Shown piece by piece: positions 56,203 to 59,279 of a stretch of 59,279 nucleotides of DNA (positions within the stretch are counted from its first letter, which is position 1; each line of letters starts with the position of its first letter). Below the pieces are notes generated by a model. It was given only the letters and a program-made list of their open reading frames with translations. It was not told the DNA's origin and did no database searches. A program made the translations under genes and the position numbers. The stretch is from contig NZ_JBPKBI010000009.1 in the NCBI RefSeq assembly GCF_051388935.1, positions 121,073 through 180,351 on the forward strand, in the 5' to 3' direction. Source of the DNA: Yinghuangia sp. YIM S10712 (GTDB lineage: Bacteria > Actinomycetota > Actinomycetes > Streptomycetales > Streptomycetaceae).

Positions 56203-56330
56203 CGCGCGGCCCGGGCCCCGCGGCGGGAAGACGGAGACGGGACGGGGAGGGGACCGGGAGCAGGCGCAGACCGCGGAGCGGTTGTCGGGCCGGGCCACAC
56301 GAGGCCCGTCCCACCCGGCAGGATGGTGGT

Positions 56331-58835
56331 GTGAACCTCATCGACCGGCTCCCCTCCGACACCGACCCCGACAGCCTCTTCGAGGCCTTCACCGCCTGGA
56401 CCGAAGAGCGCGGGATCAGCCTGTACCCGGCACAGGAGGAAGCCCTCATCGAGGTGGTCTCCGGTGCGAACGTCATCCTCAGCACGCCCACCGGCTCGGG
56501 AAAGTCGATGGTCGCGCTCGGCGCGCACTACTACGCGCTCGCCCGCGGCAAGCGCACCTTCTACACCGCGCCCATCAAGGCCCTGGTCTCGGAGAAGTTC
56601 TTCGACCTGGTCAAGGCGTTCGGGACGTCGAACGTCGGCATGATGACCGGCGACGCCAGCGTCAACGCGACCGCGCCGATCATCTGCTGCACCGCCGAGG
56701 TGCTCGCGCAGATCGCGCTGCGCGACGGGCCGGACGCCGACGTCGGCCAGGTCGTCATGGACGAGTTCCACTTCTACGCCGAGCCGGACCGCGGTTGGGC
56801 CTGGCAGATCCCGCTGCTGGAGTTGCCGCACGCGCAGTTCGTGCTGATGTCCGCGACGCTCGGCGACGTCACGCGCTTCGAGGAGGACCTGACGCGGCGC
56901 ACGGGGCGTCCGACCGCGGTCGTGCGGTCCGCCGTACGCCCGGTTCCGCTGACGTACGAATACGTCACGACGCCGATTCACGAGACGCTCGAAGAACTCA
57001 TGCGCGTCGGCCAGGCGCCCGTCTACGTCGTGCACTTCACGCAGGCCGCCGCCGTCGAGCGCGCCGCGTCGCTGATGAGCATCAACCTGGCCACCAAGGA
57101 GGAGAAGAAGCAGATCGCCGACCTCATCGGCCACTTCCGCTTCACCACCAAGTTCGGCCGCAACCTGGAGCGCTGGGCCAAGCACGGCATCGGCGTGCAC
57201 CACGCCGGCATGCTGCCCAAATACCGCCGGCTCGTGGAGCGCCTGGCCCAGGCCGGCCTGCTGAAGGTCATCTGCGGCACCGACACCCTCGGTGTCGGCG
57301 TCAACGTGCCGATCCGCACCGTTTTGTTCACCGCCCTGTCGAAGTACGACGGCGTGCGCGTGCGCAGGCTCCGGGCGCGCGAGTTCCACCAGATCGCCGG
57401 GCGCGCCGGGCGCGCGGGCTTCGACACCGTCGGCCACGTCGTCGTGCAGGCGCCGGAGCACGAGATCGAGAACCTGCGCGCCCTCGCGAAGGCCGGCGAC
57501 GACCCCAAGAAGCGCCGCAAGGTCGTGCGCAAGAAGGCCCCCGAGGGGTTCGTCTCGTGGAGCGGGGAGACGTTCGAACGCCTGCAGACCGCCGAACCCG
57601 AGCCGCTGACCTCGCGGTTCAAGGTCAGCCACGCCATGCTGCTGTCGGTCATCGGCCGCCCGGGCAACGCCTTCGAGGCGATGCGGCGCCTGCTGACCGA
57701 CAACCACGAGGACAAGGCCGCGCAGCGCCGCCACATCCGCGACGCCATCGCGATCTACCGCTCGCTGCTCGACGGAGCCGTGGTCGAACGCCTGGAGACC
57801 CCCGATCCCGAGGGCCGCGTCGTGCGGCTGACCGTCGATCTCCAGGACAATTTCGCGCTCAACCAGCCGCTGTCCACCTTCGCACTCGCCGCCTTCGAGC
57901 TTTTGGACCGCGAGTCGCCGACGTACGCCCTCGACCTGGTCTCGGTTGTGGAGGCGACCCTCGACGACCCCCGCCAGATCCTGGCCGCGCAGCAGAACAA
58001 GGCGCGCGGCGAGGCGGTCGCGCAGATGAAGGCGGACGGCATCGAGTACGAGGAGCGCATGGAACTGCTCCAGGACATCACGTACGACAAGCCGCTCGAA
58101 GAACTGCTGGAGCACGCGTACGAGGTCTACCGCACCGGGCACCCGTGGGTCGGCGACCACGAGCTGAGCCCGAAGTCGATCGTCCGGACCATGTACGAAC
58201 AGGCCATGACGTTCGTCGAGTTCACCAACTTCTACGAACTCGCCCGCGCCGAGGGCATCGTGCTGCGCTACCTCGCGAGCGCGTACAAGGCGTTGCAGCA
58301 GACCGTCCCGGACGACCTCAAGACCGACGACCTGCTCGACCTGATCGAATGGCTCGGCGAGATCGTGCGCCAGGTCGACTCCAGCCTGCTCGACGAATGG
58401 GAGCAACTCGCCAACCCCGAGGCGGTCGAGGAAGGCCCGAACATCCTGGACGAGAAGCCCCGCCCGGTCACCTCCAACGCCCGCGCGTTCCGCGTGCTGG
58501 TCCGCAACGCGCTGTTCCGCCGCGTCGAACTCGCCGCGCTGCGCAAGTACTTCGACCTCGGCGAGCTGGACGCGGAGACGGGCTGGGACGCGGACCGCTG
58601 GGCCGACGCGATGGACGGCTACTACGCCGAACACGACGAGCTCGGCACCGGCCCGAACGCGCGCGGCCCCAAGATGCTCCTCGTCGAGGAGGAGGAGTGG
58701 AGCTGGCGGGTGCGGCAGATCTTCGACGACCCCGAGGGAGACCACGACTGGGGCATCAGCGCCGAGGTCGACCTCGCCGCGTCGGACGAGGAGGGCCGCG
58801 CGATCGTCCGCGTCACGGGAGTGGACCGGCTCTGA
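56331..58835 (+). CDS. DEAD/DEAH-box (SF2, Ski2/Lhr-like) helicase with a long C-terminal domain (DUF3516-like)
   Basis: GTG start after AGGATGG. Motif I STPTGSGKS, motif II DEFH, motif III SAT and motif VI QIAGRAGRAG are present, with an ~450-aa helical C-terminal extension. Confidence 0.8.
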   Translation: MNLIDRLPSDTDPDSLFEAFTAWTEERGISLYPAQEEALIEVVSGANVILSTPTGSGKSMVALGAHYYALARGKRTFYTAPIKALVSEKFFDLVKAFGTSNVGMMTGDASVNATAPIICCTAEVLAQIALRDGPDADVGQVVMDEFHFYAEPDRGWAWQIPLLELPHAQFVLMSATLGDVTRFEEDLTRRTGRPTAVVRSAVRPVPLTYEYVTTPIHETLEELMRVGQAPVYVVHFTQAAAVERAASLMSINLATKEEKKQIADLIGHFRFTTKFGRNLERWAKHGIGVHHAGMLPKYRRLVERLAQAGLLKVICGTDTLGVGVNVPIRTVLFTALSKYDGVRVRRLRAREFHQIAGRAGRAGFDTVGHVVVQAPEHEIENLRALAKAGDDPKKRRKVVRKKAPEGFVSWSGETFERLQTAEPEPLTSRFKVSHAMLLSVIGRPGNAFEAMRRLLTDNHEDKAAQRRHIRDAIAIYRSLLDGAVVERLETPDPEGRVVRLTVDLQDNFALNQPLSTFALAAFELLDRESPTYALDLVSVVEATLDDPRQILAAQQNKARGEAVAQMKADGIEYEERMELLQDITYDKPLEELLEHAYEVYRTGHPWVGDHELSPKSIVRTMYEQAMTFVEFTNFYELARAEGIVLRYLASAYKALQQTVPDDLKTDDLLDLIEWLGEIVRQVDSSLLDEWEQLANPEAVEEGPNILDEKPRPVTSNARAFRVLVRNALFRRVELAALRKYFDLGELDAETGWDADRWADAMDGYYAEHDELGTGPNARGPKMLLVEEEEWSWRVRQIFDDPEGDHDWGISAEVDLAASDEEGRAIVRVTGVDRL

Positions 58836-58997
58836 CACGCCGACGCTCCACCATTTGGTGGAAAAACATCGGGTTTAGCCCGAATCGCTGGTTTACAAGT
58901 CGATTCACCCTTGTGTCGGTTGTGCGGGCCCGGGTGTGACGTGAACGTGGATCGGGAACCGCCGCTCGGCGGATCCCCACATCCCAAGGAGCAACCA

Positions 58998-59240
58998 GTG
59001 ACCAGTTGGGTCAAGAAGTCGGCCGTGATCGTCGCCGCCGCCGGTGTCATGGCGGGCCTCGGCGCGGGCACCGCGTTCGCCGACAGCGCCGCCGACGGCA
59101 CCGCCACCAACTCGCCGGGCCTGATCTCCGGCAACAACATCCAGGTGCCGATCCACCTTCCGATCAACGCCTGCGGCAACACCGTCGACATCATCGGGCT
59201 TCTGAACCCGACTGCCGGCAACGCCTGCGCCAACGCCTGA
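58998..59240 (+). CDS. Chaplin (short chaplin, ChpD-H class) with signal peptide
   Basis: GTG start after AAGGAG. Signal peptide VTSWVKKSAVIVAAAGVMAGLGAGTAFA. Chaplin domain GLISGNNIQVPIHLPINACGNTVDIIGLLNPTAGNACAN matches the chaplin consensus (G..SGN..QVPV..P.N.CGNT....GLLNPA.GN.C.N). Confidence 0.8.
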   Translation: MTSWVKKSAVIVAAAGVMAGLGAGTAFADSAADGTATNSPGLISGNNIQVPIHLPINACGNTVDIIGLLNPTAGNACANA

Positions 59241-59279
59241 CACCCGTGGGCGGGGGGGTCGACCGGCCGTACGGCCCCC

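Noticed and set aside
55704-58838. 1044-aa ORF on the minus strand
   Set aside because: It is antisense to the DEAD/DEAH helicase, which carries all SF2 motifs on the plus strand.
1-59279. tRNA, rRNA, CRISPR arrays, IS elements and integrases
   Set aside because: I saw no T-loop-like GGTTCGAATCC contexts with matching acceptor stems. I saw no regularly spaced short repeats with unique spacers. No ORF had transposase or integrase motifs. The repeats found are simple tandem duplications.

Overview
This is a 59.3-kb, very high-GC (about 70-73% by eye) segment of an actinomycete chromosome. It is almost certainly Streptomyces or a close relative: it carries a chaplin gene, a WhiJ-type HATPase/DUF397/XRE-DUF5753 trio, an intact egtABCD ergothioneine operon, and SigB-type partner-switching components. 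About 55 protein-coding genes are supported. I could not support any tRNA, rRNA, CRISPR array, transposase or integrase from the sequence.

The window is unusually rich in signalling genes:
- CHASE3 histidine kinase translationally coupled to a receiver-PP2C phosphatase (RsbK/RsbY-like), flanked by two paralogous CheY-like receiver genes in inverted orientation. It sits next to a SigB-family sigma factor and an RsbW-like anti-sigma kinase, and a SigB-type promoter motif lies upstream of the sigma gene.
- Ser/Thr kinase fused to a solute-binding domain, beside an FdhF/YdeP oxidoreductase.
- WhiJ-like cluster decorated with repeated TGCACGTGCA palindromes.
- SWIM zinc-finger protein translationally coupled to a 914-aa partner.
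- LuxR-type two-component system with an ABC-2 exporter, and an OmpR-type two-component system.
- egtABCD.
- psd-pssA.
- recD2.
- Pair of M16 peptidases.
- Lhr-like helicase.
- Chaplin.

The most unusual element is a 479-aa protein (8566-10005). It has a conserved N-terminal domain with a cysteine motif, a Gly/Pro-rich linker, and a C-terminal tail in which 24 of the last 66 residues are cysteine. A 1.27-kb G-rich stretch with no credible ORF precedes it, and a 64-bp tandem duplication follows it.

Several tandem repeats, hairpins and ATGA/GTGA overlaps that suggest translational coupling are also noted. All functional calls rest on motifs recognised by eye and should be confirmed by HMM or BLAST searches.
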